Shown: positions 50,313 to 60,238, counted from the first letter of the stretch. The stretch is DNA of 64,000 nt from Planctomycetota bacterium (GCA_965223545.1 OZ245006.1:2432001-2496000), one strand, 5' to 3'. Translations and numbers: made by a program. The notes: generated by a model from the letters alone, not told the origin.

Positions 50313-52196
50313 TCACTCACCGAAGATCAGGTCGCCGGCGGCCTTGCCAACGCACACTGCAGTGGTCACCTGACCGACGACGGGGATCAGCTTGCGACCG
50401 GCGGTCTTGCCGATCGTGCGCATGATCGCGCGCTTCGTGCCGAAGCTGCCGGTCTTCTTGTCGGCTCCGAGGCCACCGGCAGCGCAAGCCACCGAGGTGG
50501 TGACGAACTTCTTCGTCGCCTTCCAGGCCCGCTTGTACCACGGCTTCTTCTTCGGCTTCTCTGGGTCCTGCACGAGCGGAGGATCGATCGCGAAGGTGGT
50601 TCGCCGGATCGACGTTTGACCACCGAACAGCTCGACACTACCCGTGCTCAGCTGCTTGCCGCCCAGGTCCTGCACCGAACCAATCGCGGCAACCCGCAGC
50701 TCGAAGTTCTGCCCCAGCCCGTTGACCGCGGGGTAGCGCTCCTCGTAGTGGAAGTCCACGGCCGAGCCGTTGACGGTTTGCACCATGGAGAACACACCCT
50801 GCGCGCCCGGCTGCAGCGACAGGTAGGGGAAGGTGCCCACGGTGTGGTCGTAGCGCGTGGTCGTTCCGCTGCGCACCATTCCGCCGTCACCGATCTCGAA
50901 CTGCGAGTCCTCGACGATCTGTTCGATCTCCCCCGTGGCAGTCTGAGATCCGCCGGGGATCGGGAGGAGTGCGGGGAAGCTGCGCTGCAGCGTCGACGTC
51001 AAGCTGTAGCGTCCATCGCCGGTCTGCGTCGAGATCGTGGTGATGCTCGCCGCCTTGCGGCCCGCACCACCCCAGTCAGAACCAGAGCGGCTCTCGGTCG
51101 AACGGATCTGCGCTGGCCCGATGAACTCGGCTCTTCCGCTCCCAGCGACGTTGGCCGAGTAGGAGATTCCGGCGTGGGTCCAGTCGAACGAAGTGCTGAA
51201 GGCATGGGTCGACGCCAGCCCGTGGCGACCGTTGGTGTTGATGCTCATGTTGACGTCCAGCCCATACTGACCGCCAACGCTGCTGATCGCCCCTTGCGTG
51301 ACGAAGTCCTCTGCCGTCGCGCCCGCTGTCGTCGTGCGGGTGAACGTGGTCGTCAGCGCGCCCCTGAGGGTGATCGGCGCCCCGTTGATGACCACGCCGA
51401 ACGAGTGGTCGACGACGATCGTCGCCACGTCGCCGCTGACAAGGTAGCTGGTCACCTTCGGCGAGGTCGACTCCACGTCCAGCCACTGCTGGCCATCGAA
51501 CGGCGTGTTCAGCCCGGCGAAGATCTCGTTCACGATCGAGTCCTGGAAGAGGACGAGCTCGGAGTCGGACGGGATCGGCACGAGATTGGCAGCACCGGGG
51601 GTCGGCCCGTTGGAGGTCGCCCCACCCGAGATCGCCCACGCACTCTGCGCAGACCCGGCCGCGTAGTCAGCCCGACGGCCGATCGAGTCTCCCTCCTGAA
51701 ACGGGGCTCCGCCCGCATAGGAGAGATCGACGAACGGCTGGCCGGGTGCCGAACCGCTGCCCCAGTAGATCTGGTCGAGAGTGGCACCGTTGGCGGCGTG
51801 CAACCGCACGCCGCCGCTGGCGACACCGAGGTGATCGCCGAAAGCGTGGCCCGTCGTGACGGCGTACGGGCCGAGCGAAGGGTCGCGGTTCTCGAGCTCC
51901 AACTCCCGGGGCCCGAACAAGACCAAGAGGATCTCCCCATCCTCGAGGTTGTAGCCCGGCAGTCGGAAGAGCCGTGCTCCGTTGGCATCGCGTAGCTCCA
52001 TGTTGCGGGTATCGACCACGCCGCTGGCCGTCAACTCGACGTACTGCCAGACGTTCTCCGAACCAGCTGTGCCCGACGGGTCGAACATCACCTCGTTGAG
52101 GTGCAGTTGGGACGTGGGCTGGGGGGAAGCGCTGCCCTGTGCGAGCAGTGGAGCACTGAGGGCGGCGAGAAGAGCAGTGTTGTGAAGGGTGTTCAT
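50313..52196 (-). CDS. Secreted lamin-tail-domain protein with beta-rich core and cationic C-terminal tail (paralog B)
   Basis: Signal peptide ending LLAQ, LTD motif LNEVMFDP..QYVEL..TPGAAN, tail FAIDPP..KPWYKRAWKATKK..IPVVGQV. Confidence 0.75.
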   Translation of the reverse strand: MNTLHNTALLAALSAPLLAQGSASPQPTSQLHLNEVMFDPSGTAGSENVWQYVELTASGVVDTRNMELRDANGARLFRLPGYNLEDGEILLVLFGPRELELENRDPSLGPYAVTTGHAFGDHLGVASGGVRLHAANGATLDQIYWGSGSAPGQPFVDLSYAGGAPFQEGDSIGRRADYAAGSAQSAWAISGGATSNGPTPGAANLVPIPSDSELVLFQDSIVNEIFAGLNTPFDGQQWLDVESTSPKVTSYLVSGDVATIVVDHSFGVVINGAPITLRGALTTTFTRTTTAGATAEDFVTQGAISSVGGQYGLDVNMSINTNGRHGLASTHAFSTSFDWTHAGISYSANVAGSGRAEFIGPAQIRSTESRSGSDWGGAGRKAASITTISTQTGDGRYSLTSTLQRSFPALLPIPGGSQTATGEIEQIVEDSQFEIGDGGMVRSGTTTRYDHTVGTFPYLSLQPGAQGVFSMVQTVNGSAVDFHYEERYPAVNGLGQNFELRVAAIGSVQDLGGKQLSTGSVELFGGQTSIRRTTFAIDPPLVQDPEKPKKKPWYKRAWKATKKFVTTSVACAAGGLGADKKTGSFGTKRAIMRTIGKTAGRKLIPVVGQVTTAVCVGKAAGDLIFGE

Positions 52197-52262
52197 CGTT
52201 CTCTTTGCAGTTGAGGTTGTTGGAAAGGGGATTGGGTTGGGGAAGGTCCGGTTGGCTCTTGC

Positions 52263-54149
52263 TCACTCTCCGACGATTGCGTCACCGGCGGCCTGCAAGA
52301 CACACAGCGCGGTGGTGACCTGGCCGACGACGGGGATCAGCTTGGTACCGAGCTTCTTGCCGGCGACCTTGACGATGGCAGCGCCACCGCGCTTGGTGCC
52401 GGCCGCAGCCTGTCCGGCGACGCCACCGCCGACGCACAGCAACGCGGTGCCAGCAAACTTCTTGGTGCCCTTCCAAGCGCGCTTCCACCACGAGGGCTTC
52501 TCCTCGGGCTTCTCTGGGTCCTGCGCCACCGGCGGGTCGATGGCGAAGGTCGACTGCCGCACCAGAGTGCTTCCAGCACGCAGTTCCGCCGATCCCAGCG
52601 TCAGCTCTTTGCCGTTCTGCTCGATGATCGAGCCGCGCACCTCGGCGGTGAGAACAAAGCTCTCGCCGACCCCGTTCAGGGCGGGATAGCTCTGCATGTA
52701 GACGAAGTCGACGCCGTTGCCGACGACCGTCTGCGTCATCGACAAGGTGCCGGTGGCGCCCGGCTGCAGAGTCAGGAAGACGAAGCTGCCGACGGTGTGG
52801 TCGTAGCGCGTGATGCTGCCCGACTCGAGCATGCCGCCATCGCCGAGCACGTAGGTCTGCTCCTGCACGATCTGCTCGAGCTCACCGCTCGGGGTCTGCG
52901 AGCCACCGGGCATCGGCGGCAGGCCCGGATAGCTGCGCTGTAGAGTCGAGCTCTGCCGATAGTTGCCGTCGCCCAAGCGAATCGACAGGATCGAGCTGGT
53001 CGCCGTCTTGGTGCCAGCCCCGCCCCAATCGCTGCCGGAGCGCTGCTCGGTCGTGCTGGTCTGCACGTCATCGAGATGGGTCACCGTGGCCGTGCCGGCG
53101 ACGTTGGCGGTGTAGTCGACGCCGTTTTGCGTCCAGGTGAAGGTCGTCTGCTGGCTGTCGGTGGCCTGCCGGCCATGGCGTCCCGCGGTCGTGCAATGGG
53201 CATCGATCGCCAGGCCGTACTGGCCTGCGCCATCGCCCAGGCTGCCGGTGACCACGAAGTCCTCGCCGGTCGCGCCCGGCGTCGTCGTCCGGGTGAAGGT
53301 CGTCGAGACCGAGCCGGACATCGTCACTGGCGCTCCGTTGATCACCAGGTCGAACGAGTGCAGCGCGACCAACTTGGCCACGTCACCGACGGCGCTGTAG
53401 CTGACGACGGTCGGACGCGTCATGACGACGTCGAGCCAGTGCTGGTTCTCGAAGTTGGCCGCGAGGCTGGTGAACACCTCGTTCAGCAGTGAGTCCTGGT
53501 AGAGCACCAGATCCTCCTCGAACGGCAGCGCGACGACGTTCGGCAGACCCAAGCTCGGCCCATTTGCGGTCAAACCGCCGGAGATCGCCCAGCTGCTGCC
53601 GGCCGAACCGGGCGCGTAGTCGGCACGGCGGCCGATCGAGTCGCCCTCCGCGAACGGCGCGCCACCGGCGTAGCTGAGGTCGACGAACGGCTGGCCGACG
53701 GCGCCGTTCGAGCCCCAGTAGACTTGGTCGAGCATCGCGCCGCTGCCGTCCCGCAGCCGGACGCCGCCCTCTTCGACGCCGAGGTACGCGCCGAACCCAC
53801 TCCCCGCGGTCACTGCGTAGGGACCGTCTTCGGGATCGGAGTTCTCCAGCGTGCGCTCCTTTTCACCGAGCAGCACCACCATGAACTCGCCCGGCTGCAG
53901 GGTGTGCGTCGGCAACCGCACGAGCCGCCGACCGCGATGATCTTCGAGTGTCATGCCCGATGTGCTCACCGTGCGGGAGGCGACCAGCTCGACGTACTGC
54001 CAGACGTTGTCCGAGCCTGCGCGACCGGTCGGGTCGAACATCACTTCGTTGAGGTGAAGGTCGGCGACCGGCGTCGGCGACTTGGGGCCCTGCGCGAACA
54101 CTGGCGCGGACAGGGCAAGAGCGAGAGCGGTGATTGGTGTGGTCTTCAT
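52263..54149 (-). CDS. Secreted lamin-tail-domain protein with beta-rich core and cationic C-terminal tail (paralog A)
   Basis: MKTTPITALALALSAPVFAQ signal peptide; collinear with 50313-52196 over the full length. Confidence 0.75.
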   Translation of the reverse strand: MKTTPITALALALSAPVFAQGPKSPTPVADLHLNEVMFDPTGRAGSDNVWQYVELVASRTVSTSGMTLEDHRGRRLVRLPTHTLQPGEFMVVLLGEKERTLENSDPEDGPYAVTAGSGFGAYLGVEEGGVRLRDGSGAMLDQVYWGSNGAVGQPFVDLSYAGGAPFAEGDSIGRRADYAPGSAGSSWAISGGLTANGPSLGLPNVVALPFEEDLVLYQDSLLNEVFTSLAANFENQHWLDVVMTRPTVVSYSAVGDVAKLVALHSFDLVINGAPVTMSGSVSTTFTRTTTPGATGEDFVVTGSLGDGAGQYGLAIDAHCTTAGRHGRQATDSQQTTFTWTQNGVDYTANVAGTATVTHLDDVQTSTTEQRSGSDWGGAGTKTATSSILSIRLGDGNYRQSSTLQRSYPGLPPMPGGSQTPSGELEQIVQEQTYVLGDGGMLESGSITRYDHTVGSFVFLTLQPGATGTLSMTQTVVGNGVDFVYMQSYPALNGVGESFVLTAEVRGSIIEQNGKELTLGSAELRAGSTLVRQSTFAIDPPVAQDPEKPEEKPSWWKRAWKGTKKFAGTALLCVGGGVAGQAAAGTKRGGAAIVKVAGKKLGTKLIPVVGQVTTALCVLQAAGDAIVGE

Positions 54150-54477
54150 CGGTACGGACCCGGGGCCTGGCCCCGAAACAGGGTTGTCGTGATTGCTGGC
54201 GACGCGCTCCAAGCACCGCCAGCGAGAGTTCTTCCGGTCGCGCGGCGCACGCTGCGCCGGCAACTCCGATCACTGGTGCATGGCGACGCACCGCGGCGCG
54301 ACCGGTCGTGCGCACCAAAAAAATCGATCGCGCGGCGACACCGGGCCTCGGCCGAGCGCGGCGCGCGCATTTTGTCGATCGGAACCGTCCGGGTCGCGCT
54401 CGATGCAGCGCCAGTTGCTGGCATGCGAGCGTGGGAGTCCGCGCTCAGACCATCAACCAACCAACAGTGAGATCATC

Positions 54478-54795
54478 ATGCGTCGCTTGCTTCCCTTCCT
54501 GATCTGCGCCCTGGGATTCGCGCAGCTGTCGTCCGCTCAGTCGGTCACCACCAACTTGATCCCGACACCGCCCGGAGACCACAACGTCGTGTCCGGTTCC
54601 ATCGTCAACGTCAAGAACAACACCGAGGGCGATGTCACGATCAGCATTCCCTACGAGCCGGACATGACACTGGCGCCGGGCGAGTCGCACTCGTTCTCGG
54701 TGACGCCGAGCCCCGGCGGCTCGAGCCACGTGGACGGACCGGACGGAAAATGGCGGTTCACCGCCACGTCCAAGGCAGGCGCGCAGAAGCGCTAG
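54478..54795 (+). CDS. Small secreted beta-rich hypothetical protein
   Basis: Signal peptide MRRLLPFLICALGFAQLSSAQ, CA-rich leader, divergent from the LTD pair. Confidence 0.7.
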   Translation: MRRLLPFLICALGFAQLSSAQSVTTNLIPTPPGDHNVVSGSIVNVKNNTEGDVTISIPYEPDMTLAPGESHSFSVTPSPGGSSHVDGPDGKWRFTATSKAGAQKR

Positions 54796-54840
54796 AGACA
54801 GACGCCGGTCCTCGAGCAGGGTCAGTCCACGGGCTCGGAG

Positions 54841-55143
54841 CTACCTGTCCGCGGAGAGACCCTGCACGAGGCCGAGATGCGTGACCGGCTCCTCCTCGGG
54901 GCCGGGCTCGACGGCGAGTAGGCTGCCGTCGGGAAACAGGTCGCGGGCCAGGAGCAGTGGCGCGGCGCGAGAGACGTGGACAGGAGGCTCGCCATCCGCC
55001 GCCGTGTCGGGCGGCACCGCCTTGATCGCCACCTTGCGCCCGAGGTCTGGGTCGTGGGCCAGGTAGACGACACCACCCCCTCCACGGCCGAGCTCACGCT
55101 CGACCGCGTAGTTTCCGTTTCCGCCTGGCAGTGCTTCTGACAT
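54841..55143 (-). pseudogene. Internally deleted Ser/Thr kinase remnant
   Basis: Kinase subdomains I-II (LGRGGGGVVY..DPDLGRKVAIK) joined directly to a C-terminal-like tail; no HRD or DFG. Confidence 0.6.
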
Positions 55144-55230
55144 GGGCGGTTTCCGACGCTGGGCCCGGCGACAGCATGCGGCACCGACGGCAACGGCGCC
55201 ATGCCCGAACCGGCCGACGCCAGCAACGTC

Positions 55231-57303
55231 TCAGGCGCGAATGATCGGGGTGTCCTGGGCCGGAGCCACCGCACGATCCAACAACGCCACGTCGACGCGC
55301 GCATAGTGCTCGGCGAGCGCAGTGAGAGCCCGTGCCGCCGCATCGAGGCGCAGTCGTAGCTCGCGCAGCGGAAGATGCACTCCCATCAGTCGACGCGTCT
55401 CCTCGCGCAGGGCAACGGCACGCGCTTCCAGCTCGACTTCGCGCATGCGCGCGGCTTCGATCAGCTCGCCCAAAACCACTCCGCGGTAGGCCCGCATGAA
55501 CTCGTCCCGCAGCCGCAGACGCGTTTGGCCTGCGAATTCATCCAGATAGTCGGCCATCTGCTGCCGGAGAGCCATGCGCGCGGATTCGCCCAGCCGGCGC
55601 TGCTTGGTCGCCGCGTCCACGACGCGCGTCGGCGCATGCCGCGGACCGAACAGGGAATCGCGCACCGCCACTCCCCGCCGCAGCCGGGCTGCATCGCCGA
55701 CCGTGCGGCGCACATCGATCATCTCCGGTCGCAGCGGAGTCGGTGGCACGACGACAAGGGCAGCGCGATCGGTCCGCGCGTGGGCTGTGCGGCCAATCCC
55801 GTCGAGATCGATCTGCACGGCATCGAGGGCGGCGGCCACGGGCTCCGGTACCGACAACCCCGCCGCGCCCCGGACGACGCGTTCGCTGAGCTCACTGCTC
55901 ACCGCGCGCGTGAGCTCCTCTTGATACGTGACGAGCAACGGCATCAGCTCGCCCTTGACGAGCTCGTTGAAGCTCGAATCGCGGCGGAACCAATTGTCGA
56001 TCGCGTTCGAAGCGGCGCGGCGCACGCGAGCCTCGGCGTCGTCGGCGAGCTGATCGACCTGTGGAGCGAGCGCTTCGCGCAGCGTCCGGAAAGCCCGCCG
56101 CCATTCGTGCCGGTCGATTCGACGCAACGCCTCGTTGCGCGCCGCACAAGTTTCACGCGCCGCTTCCAGCTGTGCGATGCGGCGCCCGACCGCAGCCACC
56201 TCCGGTCGGTCGCACACGCTGGAGGCCGCTCCGATCAAACGCTGCGCCCGGCGCAGGCTGTCGCCCAAGAACGCGACAACCGAGGCGGTGCTCCCCAGGT
56301 ACTCGCGCAGCTCGCCGAAGAACGCCTCGAACCGGCGATCGTTGGCCGCATCCGTGGCCAGCCGGCCGCGGCGCCGTTTGATCCGCGTGCTGGCCGCGCG
56401 GAGCAAGTCGACGGCGTGGATCTGCAGCCGGCCGTCCGCCAGCGCGCGCTTGAGCGTCGCGCTCATCGCCAGCCCCTCGAACGCCTCGACGATGCGCTCG
56501 GGATCGCGCTGCTCGAGGCTCGGCCGCAGGTCACCGTCCGGGCCCAGGTCTTGCTTGGTGGCATCCAGATTGACCAACAGGAAGATGCGGCTGAACTGTG
56601 CCAGCAGGCGGTGGAAATCGGCGAAGACCTGCTCCAAGAACAACGTGTCGCTGCGCACGACGAACACCGCGCAGGCCGCGGCGTCACGGAAATCGCGCGT
56701 CATACGGTCGTAGCCGAACCGCATCCGGGTGTACAGGCCCGGCGTGTCGACCAGCATCGCCCGGGTGCGCGCCAGCTCGCCGGCTGGAATCCGCACATCG
56801 ATGCGCCGGATCGTGCCGCGACCGTCGCGTTCGGGGTCGAACGGTCTGCCCTCCGCTTCCGCCGTCGCAATGCGGTCGGCGAGGTCGCGGTGTGCGCCGC
56901 GCATCCTCTGGTCCAACTCGGCGACGTCGCGCAGCGTTTCGCTGCGGCCGTCGTAGTCGGTCAACACAAACTCGGCGCGTGGCGCATGCGAGACGAACAC
57001 CATGCACGGATACGCTGGCAGGCTGCCGACCTCGCTGACGTACTCGCCGGCAATGGCGTTCATCAACGTCGATTTGCCACTCTTGAGCGGCCCGAAGATC
57101 GCGACGTAGGTCTGCTGGCCAACGACCTTGTCGGCGAGGGTGACGAAGGAATCGCGCACCTCCTCCAGCCGGGCTCGCATCTTCGCACCGGCCGCGGAGG
57201 GTACCGTCTCGCCAATCGCTTCCGCCGCCCGTGTCAACGGCGCGGACAGCGGCCGCAGAGTACCGGCATATTCGTGGCAGAACCTGGCGAGGAGCGAGTG
57301 CAT
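55231..57303 (-). CDS. Bacterial dynamin-like GTPase (paralog 2)
   Basis: GPLKSGKST, LVDTPGLYTRMRFGYDRMTR, TKQD; collinear with 13775-15955. Confidence 0.8.
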   Translation of the reverse strand: MHSLLARFCHEYAGTLRPLSAPLTRAAEAIGETVPSAAGAKMRARLEEVRDSFVTLADKVVGQQTYVAIFGPLKSGKSTLMNAIAGEYVSEVGSLPAYPCMVFVSHAPRAEFVLTDYDGRSETLRDVAELDQRMRGAHRDLADRIATAEAEGRPFDPERDGRGTIRRIDVRIPAGELARTRAMLVDTPGLYTRMRFGYDRMTRDFRDAAACAVFVVRSDTLFLEQVFADFHRLLAQFSRIFLLVNLDATKQDLGPDGDLRPSLEQRDPERIVEAFEGLAMSATLKRALADGRLQIHAVDLLRAASTRIKRRRGRLATDAANDRRFEAFFGELREYLGSTASVVAFLGDSLRRAQRLIGAASSVCDRPEVAAVGRRIAQLEAARETCAARNEALRRIDRHEWRRAFRTLREALAPQVDQLADDAEARVRRAASNAIDNWFRRDSSFNELVKGELMPLLVTYQEELTRAVSSELSERVVRGAAGLSVPEPVAAALDAVQIDLDGIGRTAHARTDRAALVVVPPTPLRPEMIDVRRTVGDAARLRRGVAVRDSLFGPRHAPTRVVDAATKQRRLGESARMALRQQMADYLDEFAGQTRLRLRDEFMRAYRGVVLGELIEAARMREVELEARAVALREETRRLMGVHLPLRELRLRLDAAARALTALAEHYARVDVALLDRAVAPAQDTPIIRA

Positions 57304-57386
57304 CGGGGGCGAGGCGACGAGATTATAGGTCGCCGTCGGCCGCGCGCCGGGCAGCGCTCGGCACCCCTACCTCCACCGAGTCCGCC

Positions 57387-58790
57387 ATGTCGAGCCACGA
57401 CGAGTCCACCTTGCACACGCTGTTCGCACGGCGCGCCCTGCTGCCCACCGGCTGGGCGCGCGATGTCTCCGTTGGCATCGACGCCTTCGGCAACATCGCA
57501 CGGGTGGATTCAGCCGCTCCCGACGCGGGCGCGGAACGTGTGCGCGGCGCGCTGATCCCGGGGATTCCCGACCTGCACTGCCACGCGTTCCAACGCGCCA
57601 TGGCCGGCCGCGCCGAGCGGCGCGGACCGGCTGGCTGCGCCGATTCGTTCTGGACGTGGCGGCAATCGATGTACGAGCTGGCCGCGGAGCTGCGGCCCGA
57701 GAGCTGCGGCGCCATCGCCGCGCAGCTGTACGTCGAGCTCCTGTGTGCCGGGTTCACGAGCGTGTGTGAGTTTCACTACTTGCACCACCAACCCGACGGC
57801 CGCCCGTATCGCGATGTCGGCGAGATGTCGCTGCGCGTGGTCGACGCGGCGCAGCGCGCCGGCATACGGCTGACGCACTTGCCTGTGCTCTACGCCCGCG
57901 GCGGCTTCGACGACCGACCGCTGGCCGAGGCGCAGAAACGTTTTCGCACCGACCCCGATCAACTTGGCTCGATCCGCGCGGCAGTCGACCAGCACGCCGA
58001 GGAGGATCCGACGGTGCGCACCGGCCTCGCGTTGCATTCGTTGCGTGCGGTGGATCCGGCAATGCTGCGCGCGGCGGTCGCCACCACGACCGCCGCCGAC
58101 CGCCGGACGCCGATTCACATCCACGTCGCCGAGCAGCCTGCCGAAGTCGACGACTGCCTCGCCGCGACCGGCTTGCGCCCCGTGCAGTGGCTCCTGGAGC
58201 ACGCTCCGGTCGACCAGCACTGGTGCTTGGTCCACGCCACGCACGTCGACAAGGGAGAAGTCGCGGCGATGGCCCGCAGCGGAGCGACGGCCGGCCTGTG
58301 CCCGACGACGGAGGCCAATCTGGGCGACGGCGTCTTTCCGCTCGGGGCATGGCTCGGCGCGGACGGCGCCTTCGGGATCGGCAGCGACAGCAACGTCAGC
58401 CGCAGCGCGGCCGAGGAGCTGCGTTGGCTCGAGTACGGGCAGCGTCTGCACGAGGGGACCCGCAACCACGCCGCCCGCGCGCCGAACGCCTCCGTCGGCG
58501 CCGCTCTGGTGCGCGGCGCCCTGGCCGGCGGAGCCGCCGCCTCGGGCCAGCCGATCGGAGCCATTGCCCCCGGCCTCGCGGCCGACCTCGTCGTGCTGGA
58601 CGAGCATCACCTCGACGCTCTGGCTGCGGTCGACGACCCCGGCGATGCGTTGCTCGACGCCTGGGTGTTCGCCGCCGGGGACGCCATGGTGCGAGATGTC
58701 ATGGTCCAGGGACGGTGGGTGGTGACCGCGCGGCGGCATCGCGCCGGAGAAGAGATCGAACGCGACTACCGAGCGGTGCTGCGCTCGTGA
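57387..58790 (+). CDS. hutF: Formimidoylglutamate deiminase
   Basis: HCHAFQRAMAG, SFWTWR, EFHYLHH, HSLRAV, HIHVAEQ, CPTTEANLGDG, GSDS, LEYGQRL. Confidence 0.95.
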   Translation: MSSHDESTLHTLFARRALLPTGWARDVSVGIDAFGNIARVDSAAPDAGAERVRGALIPGIPDLHCHAFQRAMAGRAERRGPAGCADSFWTWRQSMYELAAELRPESCGAIAAQLYVELLCAGFTSVCEFHYLHHQPDGRPYRDVGEMSLRVVDAAQRAGIRLTHLPVLYARGGFDDRPLAEAQKRFRTDPDQLGSIRAAVDQHAEEDPTVRTGLALHSLRAVDPAMLRAAVATTTAADRRTPIHIHVAEQPAEVDDCLAATGLRPVQWLLEHAPVDQHWCLVHATHVDKGEVAAMARSGATAGLCPTTEANLGDGVFPLGAWLGADGAFGIGSDSNVSRSAAEELRWLEYGQRLHEGTRNHAARAPNASVGAALVRGALAGGAAASGQPIGAIAPGLAADLVVLDEHHLDALAAVDDPGDALLDAWVFAAGDAMVRDVMVQGRWVVTARRHRAGEEIERDYRAVLRS

Positions 58791-59635
58791 CGCTGCGCGG
58801 CAAGCGACATCCGGTCCGCCGGTTGGTCAGCCTGACGCTCGCCACCGCCTCGCGCTCGGTCGATGCCACCCCGGTTGGCCGCTGGTGGCGCCGCCGGCTC
58901 GTGGCCGATCCACAGATTCACGAGGTCGACGTCACGATCCGCCGCGGCGGCTCGATCGAAGGCCTGCGGATCGCGTTCTTCTCCGACCTGCATGCCGGCC
59001 ATTTCCTCACGGGTGCCGAGATCCTCTCGATCGCGGAGCGCGTGGCCGCCTTGCAACCCGACCTCGTCTGCCTGGGCGGCGACCTGATCAACACGCGGAT
59101 CGGAGAGCTCGCGCATTGCACACCGCTTTGGGACGTGATCGCACCACCGCTGGGCGTCTACGCGGTACCCGGCAACCACGACCACTTCGGCCGGCGCTTC
59201 GGCCCGCGTTGGCGAGCCGCGCTGCGCGGATACGGCGTCCCAGTGCTGACCAACCGCGGCGTGCGCTTGCAATACCGCGGCGCGACGTTCTGGCTGTGCG
59301 GCATCGACGACATGACCGAAGGCGAGCCCGACCTCGACGCCGCCCTGGTGGGGCGCGGCGACGACGAGCCGACGATCCTGCTTTCGCACCACCCCGACGC
59401 CGTCGTCGATGCCGCCGAGCACGGCGTCGACCTTCAGCTGTCCGGACACACGCACGGCGGCCAGCTGCGCCTGTTCGGCTGGGCCCCGCTGAACCACTCG
59501 GAGCACGGCTTTCTCGCCGGGCTGTACCGGCACGGAATCAGCCAGCTCTACGTTGGCCGGGGTCTCGGAGTCACGGTCGTGCCGCTGCGCATCGGCGCCC
59601 GCCCGGAAGTCCCCATCCTGCGGCTGCGTGGCTGA
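58787..59635 (+). CDS. Calcineurin-like metallophosphoesterase (YkuE-like)
   Basis: SDLH, GGD, GNHDH, LSHHPD, SGHTHGGQ. GTG start overlaps the hutF stop. Confidence 0.92.
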   Translation: MTLRGKRHPVRRLVSLTLATASRSVDATPVGRWWRRRLVADPQIHEVDVTIRRGGSIEGLRIAFFSDLHAGHFLTGAEILSIAERVAALQPDLVCLGGDLINTRIGELAHCTPLWDVIAPPLGVYAVPGNHDHFGRRFGPRWRAALRGYGVPVLTNRGVRLQYRGATFWLCGIDDMTEGEPDLDAALVGRGDDEPTILLSHHPDAVVDAAEHGVDLQLSGHTHGGQLRLFGWAPLNHSEHGFLAGLYRHGISQLYVGRGLGVTVVPLRIGARPEVPILRLRG

Positions 59636-59653
59636 GTGCGTCGGGTTGCCGCT

Positions 59654-60238
59654 CTACCAGCACCACGACGGCCCCCAATGCCAGCCGATGAAGAGGGGAC
59701 CCGGCCACCAGTGTCGGTAGCGTCGCCGCAGCAACTGGAAGCCGGTGTGCTGCTCATAGCCCCAATCGTCGGGACCGAGCAGGTTCCAGCGCACGCGAAA
59801 GCCGCGCACGTGGCGCAAGGCGTCGTGCTCCGGCAACTGGAACTCGAGGTCGAAGCGGCGCACCGCACCCGCGGGCGTCTCCCACGTTCCGCCCTCGCCG
59901 TCGGCCTCGAGCACCTCCCAGGTGCGCTCGCCGAGATCGACGTCCTCGACTCGAGTGCCGGCGGGGTCCAGCTGCAGCGGAACATCGAGCGCGTTCTCGA
60001 CCTCGAAGCCGACGTGCAGTGACGCAATCGGCGGCTCCTCGTCGCGGAACATGGTGATGCCATCCGACCAGACCCGCACCTCGCCCCAGCGAACGCCTTC
60101 GTGGCCGAGTTCGTACTCCGCCGCCGGACGACCATCGGGCGACTGCGCGTGCGCGCGCTCGGTCGGTTCGAAGTCACGGTGAGTCACCGCGCACGCCGAC
60201 AACGACATCGCCAGCGCGCACCAGAACAAGGACCGCAT
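59654..60238 (-). CDS. Hypothetical lipoprotein
   Basis: LSAC lipobox, Ig-like beta pattern, Trp-rich C-terminus. Confidence 0.6.
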   Translation of the reverse strand: MRSLFWCALAMSLSACAVTHRDFEPTERAHAQSPDGRPAAEYELGHEGVRWGEVRVWSDGITMFRDEEPPIASLHVGFEVENALDVPLQLDPAGTRVEDVDLGERTWEVLEADGEGGTWETPAGAVRRFDLEFQLPEHDALRHVRGFRVRWNLLGPDDWGYEQHTGFQLLRRRYRHWWPGPLFIGWHWGPSWCW

